Source: Octopus bimaculoides (lineage: Eukaryota). From it: a stretch of 36,709 nucleotides of DNA. The notes beneath the pieces are model-generated. The model saw only the letters and a list, made by a program, of their open reading frames with translations, was not told the DNA's origin and did not search any database. A program made the translations under genes and the position numbers. Below, one piece after another: positions 1 through 11,639 of the stretch (its first letter is position 1; each line of letters begins with the position of its first letter). The DNA lies in contig NC_068998.1 of the NCBI RefSeq assembly GCF_001194135.2, positions 31,924,840 to 31,961,548 of the forward strand, in the 5' to 3' direction.

Positions 1-77
1 CAACAAACAAGATGAGGACAAATATCTATCAAATGTAAATAATGTACATAATTCCTCATCTCTTAAATATAGAACTG
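1..77 (+). mobile_element. 3' terminal piece of the tRNA-head/hammerhead element family (see 12712-13791)
   Basis: 1-42 matches 13748-13791 (caacaaacaag.tgaggacaaatat...tcaaa..taaataatg); 30-77 is the reverse complement of 12712-12769 apart from one extra 9-nt unit and one substitution. Confidence 0.8.
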
Positions 78-194
78 GAAGAGGCTAGTTAGCCATTCAG
101 AAACACACAAAACCATTAGCTTCACTAACGTATTTATTTGTAATATGGTGTCAAGATTTTTGACACTTGAAACTGCAACCTGTTCACTGGTTGA

Positions 195-200
195 TATATA

Positions 201-260
<60 letters not shown>

Positions 261-312
261 TATATATATATATATATATGTATGTTATTATTATTATTAT
301 TATTATTATCAT
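195..312. repeat. Compound microsatellite (TG)n(TA)n(TAT)n
   Basis: Directly visible. Confidence 0.97.
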
Positions 313-313
313 T

Positions 314-570
314 AAAGTGGCAAGCTGGCAAAATTGTTAGCACCCCAGGCAAAATGCTTAGTAGCATTTCATCCGTCTTTGCATTCTGAGTTCAAATTCT
401 GCCAAAGTTCATTTTGCCTTTCATCGTTTTGGGGTTGATAAATTAAGTACTATTGAAACACTGGGGTCAATGTAATCAACTAGTTCCCATCCAACAAAAA
501 ACTTTCAGGCCTTGCGCCTACAGTTGAAAGGATTATCATTGCTATTATTATTATTACTATTATCATTACT
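314..570 (+). mobile_element. tRNA-derived SINE with Meta-like central domain and (TAT)n tail
   Basis: Head ggcaagctggcaaaattgttagc, B-box-like gagttcaaattc, central gcctttcatc..ggggttgataaattaagtac; homologous to the minus-strand copy at 34801-35021. Meta-domain assignment is from recall only. Confidence 0.75.
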
Positions 571-603
571 TACTTTTAATCTGCAGGTTTGTTACAATCA
601 CTT

Positions 604-995
604 GGCCAGTGCTGGTGCTGTGTACCTGACCCCCATGCTGGTGGTACGTAAAAGGCACTTGTCAAGCATTAGGCCTCAAAGAGGCAGTGTGGCCAATGTT
701 GGTGTCACATAACTGGTACCTGTGCTGGTAGCATGTAAAAAGCACCTGTCGAGCATTGGGTCTCACGGAGGCAATGTGGCCGATGCTAGACCTGCATAAC
801 TTGCACCTGTGCTGGTGGCATGTAAAAGCAGCCTCTACACTCTTGGAGTGGTTGGCGTTAGGAAGGGCATCCAGCCATAGAAATCATGCTATATCAGATT
901 GGAGTCTGGTGCAGCCTCTCAGCTTACCAGCCATGGCCAAACCATCCAACCCATGCCAGTATGGACAACAGACACTAAAAGATGATGATGGTGAT
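604..995 (+). mobile_element. RTE-type LINE 3' UTR with ~87-bp internal tandem units and (GAT)n tail
   Basis: Units starting gtgctggtg at ~634, 722 and 810; gagtggttggcgttaggaagggcatcc...aacccatgccag tail is homologous to 12485-12697, which directly follows an RTE ORF end. Confidence 0.75.
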
Positions 996-1421
996 ATCTA
1001 TATTTATATAACAAATTAAAAATGGTGACTTATTAGCAATTAGAACCTAAAGGCAAAATTAAAGGAGGTCACAAAAGGGACAGAGAGTTCTGACTAGCAC
1101 TTCTTTTGCTAAAAATAAGAGTTAAATCAACTCAGAAGCCATAAAATCACTGTCTTAATGCCTGACAAAGGGAGGTAAGTCCTCAGTGTACATAGTTGGA
1201 TCGTGATTTCGAATTTTGATGTAGACCACCTTAATCCTCATCAGTGACTCTTAATGTCTAGGATTATACTCAACTACCTTAGTCAGCCTTATAAGAAAAA
1301 CCATTGAAAACAAGTGCTGATTTTCAAAATGGTAAAGGTGTAAAAAAAAAAAATTAAAAAGGATGGCTTATTAGCAATTAGAACCCTTTGCCAGTCATTA
1401 AGACTGCTTTTGTGGTTTTTT

Positions 1422-1582
1422 ATATGCAGCAGGCTTTCTACAATTTCTATCAATTAAATTCATTCACAGAGCACTGGCTGGCCCAGGATTATAGCAGAAG
1501 ACACTTACATAAGGTTTCACACCTAAAGCTATGCAATTTCAAAGCACACTCCCTAACTACATAGTCATTTCTGTACCTATAT
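1422..1582 (-). mobile_element. Diverged tRNA/CORE-like SINE 5' half (left arm of inverted duplication)
   Basis: Reverse complement matches the 11640 family head and core (gtgtgaaaccttatgtaagtgtcttctgctataa) and is very close to 1996-2161. Confidence 0.75.
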
Positions 1583-1703
1583 ATAATATATATACACACA
1601 ATATATAAATCCATCCATCCATCTTCTTAGATGGATGGATGGATAGAAGAGGGCTGAGTTTCCCCAGGTCGACCCAATACTTCTCTGCATTGAAAAGTCA
1701 TAA

Positions 1704-1890
1704 CTTTGGTGCTATAAACATGTGATTAGAATGTCATGGGAAACAATTGCAAGACAGACTCTTCAAGTCAAGCCAACTGGCTGAAGACTTAGAGGTAGAC
1801 CAAGAATGAAATGGTTTGATAATATTCATAGTCTCAGTTGGTTATATTTGGGAAAATCTAATGACAATTGCTTCTGAAAGGACTCTATTG
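1704..1890 (+). pseudogene. RTE LINE ORF C-terminal remnant
   Basis: Translates LWCYKHVIRMSWETIARQTLQVKPTG*RLRGRPRMKWFDNIHSLSW, matching the RTE C-terminal pattern (W.GHV.RM...G.R.RGRP..RW.D). Confidence 0.7.
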
Positions 1891-1995
1891 AGGACCCCTC
1901 CCCATCCCTCCATCCATCCCTCCATCCATCCATCCATCCATCTGACTGAGAAGATTGGTGGATGGATTTATATATTGTGTGCATATATATTATAT

Positions 1996-2161
1996 ATAGG
2001 TACAGACATGTAGTTAGGGAGTGTACTTTGCAATTTCATAGCTTTAGGTTCAGTCTTATTGTGTGAAACCTTATGTAAGTGTCTTCTGCTATAACCCTGG
2101 GCCAGCCAGTCCTCTGTGAATGAATTCAGTTGATAGAAATTGTAGGAAGCCTGTTGCATAT
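1996..2161 (+). mobile_element. Diverged tRNA/CORE-like SINE 5' half (right arm of inverted duplication)
   Basis: ggtacagacatgtagttaggg...ggttcagtc...ccttatgtaagtgtcttctgctataa; followed by (TG)-rich tract as in the family. Confidence 0.75.
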
Positions 2162-2659
2162 GTGTGTGTTTGCATGTGTGTGTTTGCATGTGTGTGTTTG
2201 CATGTGTGCGTTTATAAATATACACACATTCATACTCATACAGATAAACATTTACACTGTTCTGTTTAGGAAATGCCATCTTTAAAGATAATTAAATAGT
2301 TGCACTGATTGGTCACTCCTGTAACCTGGTCATTGATCTTTGCTGCATATCTCAAATTGACTAAAAGGATTTCTATTTATATAATTAATTACACGTCCAG
2401 AAAATCTTTTAACCAAATTTATATTCAGTTGTCTTGTTAGGAGCTTGCAGAGTGTATAACCATTCTTATGCTAAGCTATTATCATGTGGTTACAGTGAGC
2501 CCGTATGGAACATCTCTATCAAGTTGTGTACTACGATGCACAATCAATTAAGTATTTGTTAATTTGGTAGTGTTTTGTGTGGCAGTCTAGAGCTTTTTTT
2601 CACCTACAGTCCAGTCTGTTTCTACTTGCTATTTAATATTGTTGTTTCACCACAAATAA

Positions 2660-3100
2660 ATGCAGAGGCTTCTGAGTGAAGCACCTCTGTTGGTGCCCTG
2701 AAAAATAAATGGAGAATTGCAAAATATAATGTTCAGAAGCATGCAAACAAGCATGGCGTACATAATTACTATGCGGCATTAAAAACTCCTTATGACCTAG
2801 GAATTGTTCTTTGACATCAACCAAATTGTAAGAAGGTACAACTCTACACAAAGATCAGTCAGCAACTGGACAGAACACTTCAATGAACTCCTAAACCAGT
2901 CTACATCTGAGCATCTGGCAATGAAAGAGAAATTTATAGATGCTTATCATCTTTTTACATCAATGAATCATTTGTTTTGGGTGAAGTTAGGGCTGCTGTA
3001 AAAATTCTAAAATAGGAAATCTTCTGAGCTGGATGATAGTGCAGCAGAGATATTGATGAACGGTAGTAAGCTCTGTACAACAGTACTTCAATCACTACAT
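2660..3100 (+). pseudogene. RTE LINE remnant (linker upstream of RT)
   Basis: Frameshifted pieces NKWRIAKYNVQKHANKHGVHNYYAALKTPY, NWTEHFNELLNQ, EVRAAVKILK/NRKSSELDDSAAEILMNG resemble the RTE W.EHF..LLN and EV..A.K.LKN.K..G.D.I.AE motifs. Confidence 0.7.
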
Positions 3101-3147
3101 TACAGAAAAATGGAACTACAAAGTCTGAGGCACTGTATATATAGCCT

Positions 3148-3231
3148 ACACTGCAACACTATAATTTTTATATAATCTACACTACAAGACTATAATTTTT
3201 ATATGATCTTGCAAGACTATAACTTTTATAT
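3148..3231. repeat. 31-bp tandem repeat, ~2.7 copies
   Basis: Units acact(g/a)caa(c/g)actataatttttatat(a/g)atct. Confidence 0.85.
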
Positions 3232-3316
3232 CAGTCAAGATCATCATTTTTCTCTTCAGAAAAAAAAAACTAGTGTATAGCACTGAAACCTGTTCATTGC
3301 CTTAGGGAATGTAAGT

Positions 3317-3382
3317 GATATTTTCTCAGAAAATGTGAAGGATATTTTCTCAGAAAATGTAAAGGATATTTTCTCAGAAAAT
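3317..3382. repeat. 24-bp tandem repeat x~2.75, each unit containing the palindrome attttct-c-agaaaat
   Basis: gatattttctcagaaaatgt(g/a)aag repeated at 3317, 3341 and 3365. Confidence 0.9.
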
Positions 3383-5329
3383 TTGTTTGTTCATCCAAAT
3401 TTGTGAATCTTTTATGTCAATTCAATGTACAGATGATGACCTGTATTTTTATTGAGAAATTGAAATCTGACTCCTACAGTTTATGAAAAGTGGTTGGACA
3501 AGCTTCTGTACTATTTATATTCCATACTTGTGTGGTAACAATGTTATGCAGAAGGATCAAAAAGCAAGTGGGAATCACTATAAACTTCTGATTCAATATA
3601 AATCTCTTCAGCAAGCAAAGGTTGCATGCCATCATTAAGTTCAGATTTGAACTTTCCATTGAGCTGCAGTATGCAGGTGACAGTCCTCTGATGGTCTGCT
3701 CTCTAAAAGCCCTAGAAGCCACCATCTTGGCAGTTGGTACTGCTTATAAAAAAAGTGAACCTGATAGTTTACATCTTGAAAACTGAAGCCAACTGCCAGT
3801 GGCACTCTACACTCCCTTTGTTAGAATGACAGCAATAACTAACCATACCATCCTACTTAGATATCCAGTGAGTGCATACAAGATGAGGAGATTCTAAAGT
3901 CTCTCAGACAAATCATTGTAACCATGGAAGCTTCAGGAAGATGCTCATTCTTAATAAGTATCTCAACCTCTATACCAAAGTTTTCATCTATCTGATAGTC
4001 TGTATTTCCACTCTCCTTTATGTGAACAAGACATGAGGGACATATAGCTAGAACCTTCTGTTGCCTGGTAAAATAGGACTATGTAAGCAGAATGCCTTCA
4101 TTGAACCAACACCATGCTATCCAGGAATCAGCCATGAGGATTTAAACATGTGGCACTTATCTGACTTGCATCTTCCCTGCAGTCTCCTCTGTAGTCAGCT
4201 TCATCATGCTTATCGTCTGGCCGCGAGATTACAATAATGGTTCAAAGACTTTTCAAGAGTAAATGTCATAATAACCAAGCACTCTCTTTGACATTGGCAT
4301 TCTTACAAATGGAGGGGTATTAAAGATATGAAGAGCTACACTTAACACTACAAGGCGAACTGAGAAAAGAGGCATGCTTCCAAACATAACATTCACATAT
4401 CCTCTCTTTAGTAGAAGTTGCACAACATGGATTATGAGGCACATCTATCAAAATATCCACAGTTGAAAATCAATGGTGATCACTAAATTTGATGAACAAC
4501 TGCAAGTATATGTGTGCATGTGTGTGTGTGCACAAATGTATATATTTATACATGCATGCATATAAGTATGTGTATGTATTTGTGAGTGCATGGTGAGTGC
4601 ATATTTGCATGTATGAATATCATTCTTTGCCCCAAGGGCCAATCAAATCAGTTGTTGTTTGTTTGTCCATATTGAACTTCAATCTATTGTATCTTCAGAC
4701 CATCATTACTAGCAGTTCTGACAATTTTAATCACTTGTATTACTCTGTAAATTTTATTATTCATGAAATATTAATCTACAACATTTTAATTGTCATTTTA
4801 CTGTTTATATTAGAAACTTTTTATGTCACAATTTTAAATGTTTCTTCTAGTTCTTTGTTTGAATTTTATGTATTATATTTATTTGTCCATACATAAAAAA
4901 TATTTGTTTATTCTCTAAAGTTAAAGTGTATAATTGAAGGAAATGCCAAAGCATAGATAAACATTAAATTCATTATAAATTTCATCTCAGAAATAGTGAT
5001 CACCTAATAAGATAAAAGCTTAACAGAAAGTAGAAGCTCAATAAGGCATTGATAGATATATGTGTGTATGTGTGTGTATGTGTATACACACACACACACA
5101 CACACACACATGTGTGTGTGCCTTGTGGAGTTTGTGTGTATGCATGTTTGTGTGACAGGGATCTATTCCACTTTCTGTGTACCATTCTTAGACTGGAGGG
5201 ATAAATAGGTGACATTGTTGCTAGCATTTAATTGAAATGGTTGGTGTTGAATGTGTGAAGGGGAAAATGGAAATTAGTAAGAATTCTGTAGTGAAGGATT
5301 GAAGATGAATGATTAGACATGATCATAGC

Positions 5330-6010
5330 ATTTCAGTTCAAGTTATGATGGACACTATCCAGTTAGGATCTGGAGATGTAGAGAAGTAGATGCATTGAAT
5401 TTGTTTCAGATAGCAGCTGAATTCTTGACTGAAATCACAGATGGAGAACGAAGTTTGATCTTTTCTGCTTGTGCTTGTCTCATATGCAGTTTTTTCTTGA
5501 ATGTGTTTTTACATACTTGTGAGTCCTAAGTAAATCATTCAAGGTATGTGAAACAAAATGCTAAAATTTATGATAAAGCAAAAATGCCTATCATGTCATA
5601 AAATAATGTCATTATAAATTACAGTATATGCTCTGACAACCACAGAGTGTAACAAATATATATAGTTTGTGTTGATGACAATAGTATCACAGCCTATTTA
5701 GATATGACACCAATATATAAGATTGTGGTATCTCCTTGAGATTTTGAAAATCTTTCATTCTGCCATTTGTTTGAAATGAGGAATGTTGTGCAGAATGAGT
5801 ATTGTTTGTCAAATTTAAGAGCTATCCTAGAACTACTATTGGTCTTTGGAGTCCGAAATTGTTATTGCATTTGGCAGCAGCGAAGACAAAGTGATGAAGA
5901 GTAGAAGCTTAGAAGCTAAAGAAGGGGAATGTAAGACTAAAGCAAACAGCTATTCATGCAGATTTGTTCCCATGAGCAATGATGCTAGAGAAAATGTAAA
6001 TTTAATACAA
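5330..6010 (+). pseudogene. Possible very old non-LTR RT remnant
   Basis: Weak frameshifted similarity to RT motifs (LSKSFKVC ~ LSKAFD.V; FEMRNVVQNEYCLS ~ F....GV.QG..LS; SEIVIAF...KTK ~ ADD...KTK). Confidence 0.3.
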
Positions 6011-8859
6011 TCTTGGTATGTTTCAAAGTTTCTATTTTAGAAAAGGTGAAATCTTAAGAAAGTGATGTATAATTAAATATATAAAAATAAAAACAAATAT
6101 AAAATAATAACTGCACACAGATTTATCATGTTGGTCATTCTTTTTATGTCCTTATGTAATGTCAGTTATATATCACTGTGTCTTCTTTAACATACAGGTG
6201 ATTTATGATTCATAAACTAAGGATAATACTAGAAAGTGAATATCTAAATATTTAATGACTTAGATTTATTTGTTACCCCCAATGTCAAACTGGAAAATTG
6301 ATCACTTGGGATGAAAATTTTAGCTGTTATCTGCAATGTGCATGCAAACTTTGATTGCATGTGAATAACATTTATGAAATAAAGTTTGCAAAGTTAGAAA
6401 GAATAAGTTAATGTGACTATAGTGGACAGGCACAAATGGGAGAGTAATAGACCAAAGATATTACCTTGTCTCATCTTGGCTCTTAACATTCCTAATTTAA
6501 ATCCACTTTGATTCTCTCATCTCTGAAACTTATAAAATAAGAACCAATAAGTACAGGCAGTTAATAGTCTCAAATAACAAAATTAGAGACTAGCAATTTA
6601 TATTGACATTTATGCTACATTGTGTACTACAAAATAGATAACACTTAATGGCTATGTTTCACCTTACTCAGAGCACAAACTGCGGAATTATAAATTCCAC
6701 TGCTGGGAAACTGTTAGCCTTTCATTAGATGGTAGAGCTGAGTTGAAGCCCTCTTGCGGATTGGGAAAAGCAATGGGAAACTATTTCAGTTTAGTTTTCC
6801 TTTAAATTGCAACACAAATATCTTTTAGGACTCCTAATAGGTTTACTAACCAAAACACAAGCCATATACTTAGCCTATACTAACCGATTACTTATCCTGG
6901 CTTGAATAGTAAAAAAATCAATAGTATTAGAGATTATATTTTCTTCAGGGAGAAATCAATATTACTATAAATTATATTTTATGACCATAGACAATATTAT
7001 TAATATTAATAAGAATAAGTTAAACAAGGCTTTGTTAACCTTTTCCTTACAGCATGTTTTATATGATGTTAGTCATAAATTGGACCACATCATGAAAATA
7101 AAAGTTTAACAGTCATCATGCCTAACATCGAGTATATCATATATTGCACAAGTGAATCATAAAAATATTTCTCAAGAAAATTCATGTAAATGCTATTTAA
7201 CAATAAAATATAAATAAGACATTTTTGAGAATTTGACAGAGAAAATGTTATGTTTATAGAATTGTGACATTATGTATGCTCTATATCTAATCAGAAAGGA
7301 TTGAATGCACCCTAAATGCCAAGGTTAACTCACGCCTGAAATTAATATATAAAATTAGATATGATGTCCATGGGATTAAATTGCTGGTTTACTGACACAT
7401 GGTTTTAAGACCAAATTTTTGCTTTAGGCATTATGTTGTTTTATCGAGTAATGTTCATAACTCTGAACAATTCATTAAAAACAAGCTTCATTCCTACTGT
7501 ATTACTAAATTTTAGGGAGAATGTATTTGCTTCAACAAATTAAACAAGCCACTCATTCAACTATTGTAAAATGGAATATAACACCAGGTAACCATGAGAC
7601 ATGGACATAAAATATATATATGTAGTTGCACTGTCAAATTTTAGGTGAGGTTATAATAAATTTAGTACTTGAATTGTACTTATGTATTGACCAGTCATCT
7701 GAAGAATTAACGTTTCGATTGACCAGTCATCTTAAGAAGAATTAATGTTTGAACTGAATATTAATCAAAATCTCTATTTCCTCAACATTATCTGCCGTCT
7801 CTCTCAGGAGTTCTGTAAATGTAAGTGTTCTGTTCACTTGTACTATTGAACTCAAATGCTTTCATGGATAAAACATGGAATAGACTATCATTCTATTCAG
7901 AATAGATGGCATTTCTCAATCCCTTAACCTTAAAGCTAAGATAAGCTGCAGAACATTATGAGAGACCATGTAGTAGATAAAGAAAAGCAAACAACTTAAA
8001 ACTAGTAACAACTGCTTAGGTGTCTAAGTAACAAGGAGGAACAAAATTTACATTGTGTACTTTAGAATTTTATGCATGACTTTTTGAAATCCTGCTAACC
8101 TATCAGACAATGCTACATTTACAGCCAAAGAAAACAACTGAATTTCTAATGGAATTGATAGAAACATACAAACTGAATTAGTTTTATTTCAAATAGCTTT
8201 GAAATCTTTCGTACTTCTGTCAACAAAAATAAATAAGTATAAAATATATAAGCACAAAATAAAAAGTAAAAATAACTGAAGGAGTAGAATGCATTAGACT
8301 GAACTAATAGCAGTTTACATTCTGTATATCTCAAGTTTAATTGCTGCCTTTATAAACATTATAACTGTCATGGCCAGAAACAATTTGTAGTTAGCCATTA
8401 TAAGAAAAAGGATTTTTGAGTTTGCTACAAATATCTTGAAATTGTTCTTTTGAACACTTTCACAGTGTATGTTTAAGAGGAAAGTTTACAGACAAACTTT
8501 ATCGCCCATTGCCGTATAATATTATAATTCCATATTTGTTGCTAAAAAAAAAAAATACTATTCCTATAAATAGAATTCCATTCTTATAAAAGAGTGTGTA
8601 CAAGATCAATTTTTTGCAAGAGAAGAATTGGTAACAGCAATAATAATAATTCTTTCATTATTATTGGTACCAAGGACTGTTCATACATACACTAAAATGT
8701 ATGCAAAGGTATTACAAAACATGTGGGAATAAATAAAACAAAGTTACATAAAACCAAAAGAAAGAACAAAGACTTGACAAAATATTGAGATTTTATATGT
8801 TTTATGTTGAAGTTACATAAAACATATAGACAATTATATAAAAAGACATGATATGATTT

Positions 8860-8955
8860 TTAACACAGGCACAAAGCTATAAATTTTTTAAGGTGAGTAT
8901 AGTCAATTAGATCGACCCAGCACTTGACAAGAACTTATTTTTATTGATCCTGGGA
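8860..8955 (-). mobile_element. 3' half of Meta-like SINE (fragment)
   Basis: aggcacaa...agtcaattagatcgaccc...ttattttattgatcc resembles 34820-34900. Confidence 0.55.
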
Positions 8956-9240
8956 TTATAATATCTGTAGTTGTATTCCAAAGTAAGAAATCTTCATATA
9001 TTCTACTATCACACACACAAACATACATATTTACTCTCAACAGTACACATGTGTGTCCACAATAGGAACCTTGATGTCTTTGTTTACTCTGATAGAAATT
9101 ACAGCCATATCTCTCTCAAATTATGTAGAATTTTGTATTTGACCAAAACAACTTCCAGTATATATTACTGACTTTAAAAAATTTTGAATTCAGATTATAA
9201 AGGTTGGTACAAAATATTGTATATCACACCCTACCTCAAA

Positions 9241-9446
9241 TACGAGGGGGTACTGAAAAGCTCCTGGCTTTAAGGGTATTGGTTGAAGGCCCAAACTTCT
9301 TAGTTCCTTTACAGGGTTTAGAAAAATTGAAGGACTGCTGCAATAAGTATGTGAATCTGAGAGGGAAATATGTTGAATAAAACATGAACTGATCCTCCTG
9401 TATTTTCTGTTACCCAAAGCCAGGAATTTTTCAGCACCCCCTCATA
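9241..9446 (+). mobile_element. Mariner-derived MITE (~206 bp)
   Basis: 31-bp TIRs tacgagggggtactgaaaagctcctggcttt / aaagccaggaatttttcagcaccccctcata with TA ends; interior EKLKDCCNKYVNLRGKYVE* resembles a mariner transposase C-terminus. Confidence 0.88.
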
Positions 9447-9449
9447 CTG

Positions 9450-9800
9450 TATCAGGTGTTATTAGAAAGTTTCTAGACTGAACATGCTGTGATTGTATTG
9501 TTCTACAGAAATGCATATACAGCTGATATAGCCAATCAATCACAAATAGGTTTCATACTATGTGCTTGTGTTCAATTACTATAATATTTCTATATTTGTA
9601 GACCACATATCATGTTAGAAAAATACCATGGTATTTAATGCTAGTTTATAAATTCAAGCAATGTGCTTACATAAAATTTTGCATGCAGTTTGGTACATCT
9701 GCTTCCAAGATGCTACATCAAACTTTTGGTGAATATTCTTTGGTGAATAAGTTTTTGAGAGGTATGTGTATTTCAAGATTAGTCAAATGCCAGTGCTTCT
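9450..9800 (+). mobile_element. Degenerate mariner 5' fragment
   Basis: TIR-like tatcaggtgttattagaaagtttctagact; ORF 9638 QCAYIKFCMQFGTSASKMLHQTFGEYSL resembles the mariner N-terminus (QR..IKFC..LG.SA.ET..ML..A.G). Confidence 0.6.
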
Positions 9801-9879
9801 GCTGCACACAGATTACTTGTTTCATAGGATCTCTTGCTAGTACTTTGTTCTTGCAGTAACTTAACTGATATTTGCATAA

Positions 9880-10650
9880 AACAATTATGTGGTCACAATG
9901 TTGTATACTCAGAGTGTACTTCAGTCAAATAGAGCTGCCACAGGGATGACATACCCAGATCCTACTTGTAGAGTTCTGAAACCTTGTATTAGTAGCAACA
10001 AGGCTGTTTTATGATGTCCCTCATGTGCTTGTCATTTTTAAAGGATTTTTTTTTAAGAGAGAAGTGAATATGTAGGCCCACCCACTGCAGTTAAAAGAAA
10101 ATTATGTGCTTTGTGTTGATTGTGGAAAATAGTTCCTGCTAGAACTACTTAACTTTAGGGCAATTGTAGTCTGAATTGTGAAAGCAGAAAATAATAGTTA
10201 CTGGATTTTCCAACAAGTTAACTATCATGATACACTCAGTGCATTTTGCAATACTGATGCAGGCTTTAAAGAAAAAGCAAGACACCTAATCCTCCAGTGG
10301 CAGCATTCTGCTTGTCCTCCATGCTGATGATGTTATATGGGTGTATCCCTCAAATGTATTCTGCATAAGAGGCTTACAGTGTATGTTTCAATGTTTCTGC
10401 AGGTAAAATAATTCCAAGGCTATAGATATGTGCATTGTATATAAGTTCATCCTTCTTAGCAGTAGTGGTTAGTGTTTTAGCATTGAATGTACTGACAATA
10501 AGAGGTACTTTATTTTGGGCAAATCTAACTGCACCATCTTTATCTGCATCAGGGTTGGGCTGTCCATGACTATTTAGTGTCCTGGGTATGTCTTTAAACT
10601 GCATTTGGTGCCAGAATCTAGGACTGAACACCTCCAGACATTGATTCACA
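9880..10650 (-). pseudogene. RTE LINE apurinic-like endonuclease (APE) remnant
   Basis: PLIVSTFNAKTLTTTAKKDEL (cf. TFN.RTL), ITSSAWR/NAATGGLGVLL, ENPVTIIFCF, NTRFQNSTSRIWVCHPCG across frameshifts, in the expected order. Confidence 0.75.
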
Positions 10651-10696
10651 CTATGCCCAGATCTGTTCTGAGCTGCAACAAATCTAATTTAGCAAT

Positions 10697-10769
10697 TATA
10701 AACCAGAATAATGTTTGCAAATATTTACCTGAAAACTGGAGATTATATACATTTTATTCATTTCCATAA
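10697..10769 (+). repeat. 73-bp direct repeat copy 1 (copy 2 at 12110-12182)
   Basis: About 8 mismatches by manual alignment. Confidence 0.85.
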
Positions 10770-10854
10770 AGTTGAGCAGTTCTAACAGAGAAGAATTACT
10801 GAAGGAGTTGTGCTCTCAGCAATAGTGATGATGATATTGATAATAATTATAAGA

Positions 10855-10990
10855 ATCAGTCCCACTGCATGGCATCTTGGGCAAGTATCTTCTGCTATAG
10901 ACTCGGGCTGGCTGAAGCCTTGAAACTGAATTTGGTAGATGGAAGTTAACACTGTGTGTGTACATGTGTGTTTGTAAGTGCTTGTGCCTC
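10855..10990 (+). mobile_element. Truncated CORE-like SINE
   Basis: cagtcccactgcatggcatcttgggcaagtatcttctgctatag...tttggtagatggaa matches 11697-11785. Confidence 0.75.
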
Positions 10991-11084
10991 CTAACAGGCA
11001 CAGGGCCACAAATCCAGAGTATGATTAGTTGCAACTCTAGTAGGATGGAAGGCAATGGTGGGATTGAAACTCTACTGTTTCTGT

Positions 11085-11205
11085 CATTCTCTTTCATGAT
11101 AATAGTAGTCATGATGATGTTCATGTTCCTGATAGTGATTATGGTGGTGATAATGATGATGGCTGTGATGATGATGGCTATGATGATGATAACAAAATAA
11201 TGATG
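11085..11205. repeat. Degenerate (GAT)n trinucleotide repeat
   Basis: Directly visible. Confidence 0.85.
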
Positions 11206-11373
11206 AAAAGAGGGAGGAAGAAGGCTAGTAGTACTAATATAACAAAAGAATCCCTCACTGAATTTATAGTCCATTCCAGTATTAACCCTATAGTCATCTT
11301 TATCACTTTCCATGCAATTAAACATACAAAGCAGTTTAGTTAAATGAATGGCCACTAACATTGTTATATGACG

Positions 11374-11375
<2 letters not shown>

Positions 11376-11436
<61 letters not shown>

Positions 11437-11489
11437 NNNNNNNNNNNNNNNNNNNNNNNNNNNNNNNNNNNNNNNNNNNNNNNNNNNNN

Positions 11490-11524
<35 letters not shown>
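11376..11524. repeat. (CA)n microsatellite spanning N gap 11437-11489
   Basis: Directly visible. Confidence 0.97.
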
Positions 11525-11526
<2 letters not shown>

Positions 11527-11639
11527 TTGTGTAAGCTAAACATAAAGAGGAAGTGAGATAGATAGAGGTGTAGGGCAGTCAGTTACTTTACTTCCTTGAA
11601 GCAAAATTGCAGTAAAAACTGAAATGAAACATGTATATA

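Noticed and set aside
63-712. ORFs rich in YI/HT/L/N runs
   Set aside because: Translations of microsatellites and SINE tails.
3317-3382. CRISPR-like array
   Set aside because: Tandem units without unique spacers, in eukaryotic DNA with no cas genes.
3474-4450. Minus-strand ORFs with a hint of a gag zinc knuckle or protease
   Set aside because: No motif survived checking across frames; at most an unrecognisable TE relic.
6408-6800. Apparent minus-strand exon boundaries (donors near 6465 and 6667)
   Set aside because: Stops in all three frames of the implied exons.
10816-11361. 181-aa ORF with poly-I/T/H
   Set aside because: Built from a (GAT)n repeat plus SINE sequence.
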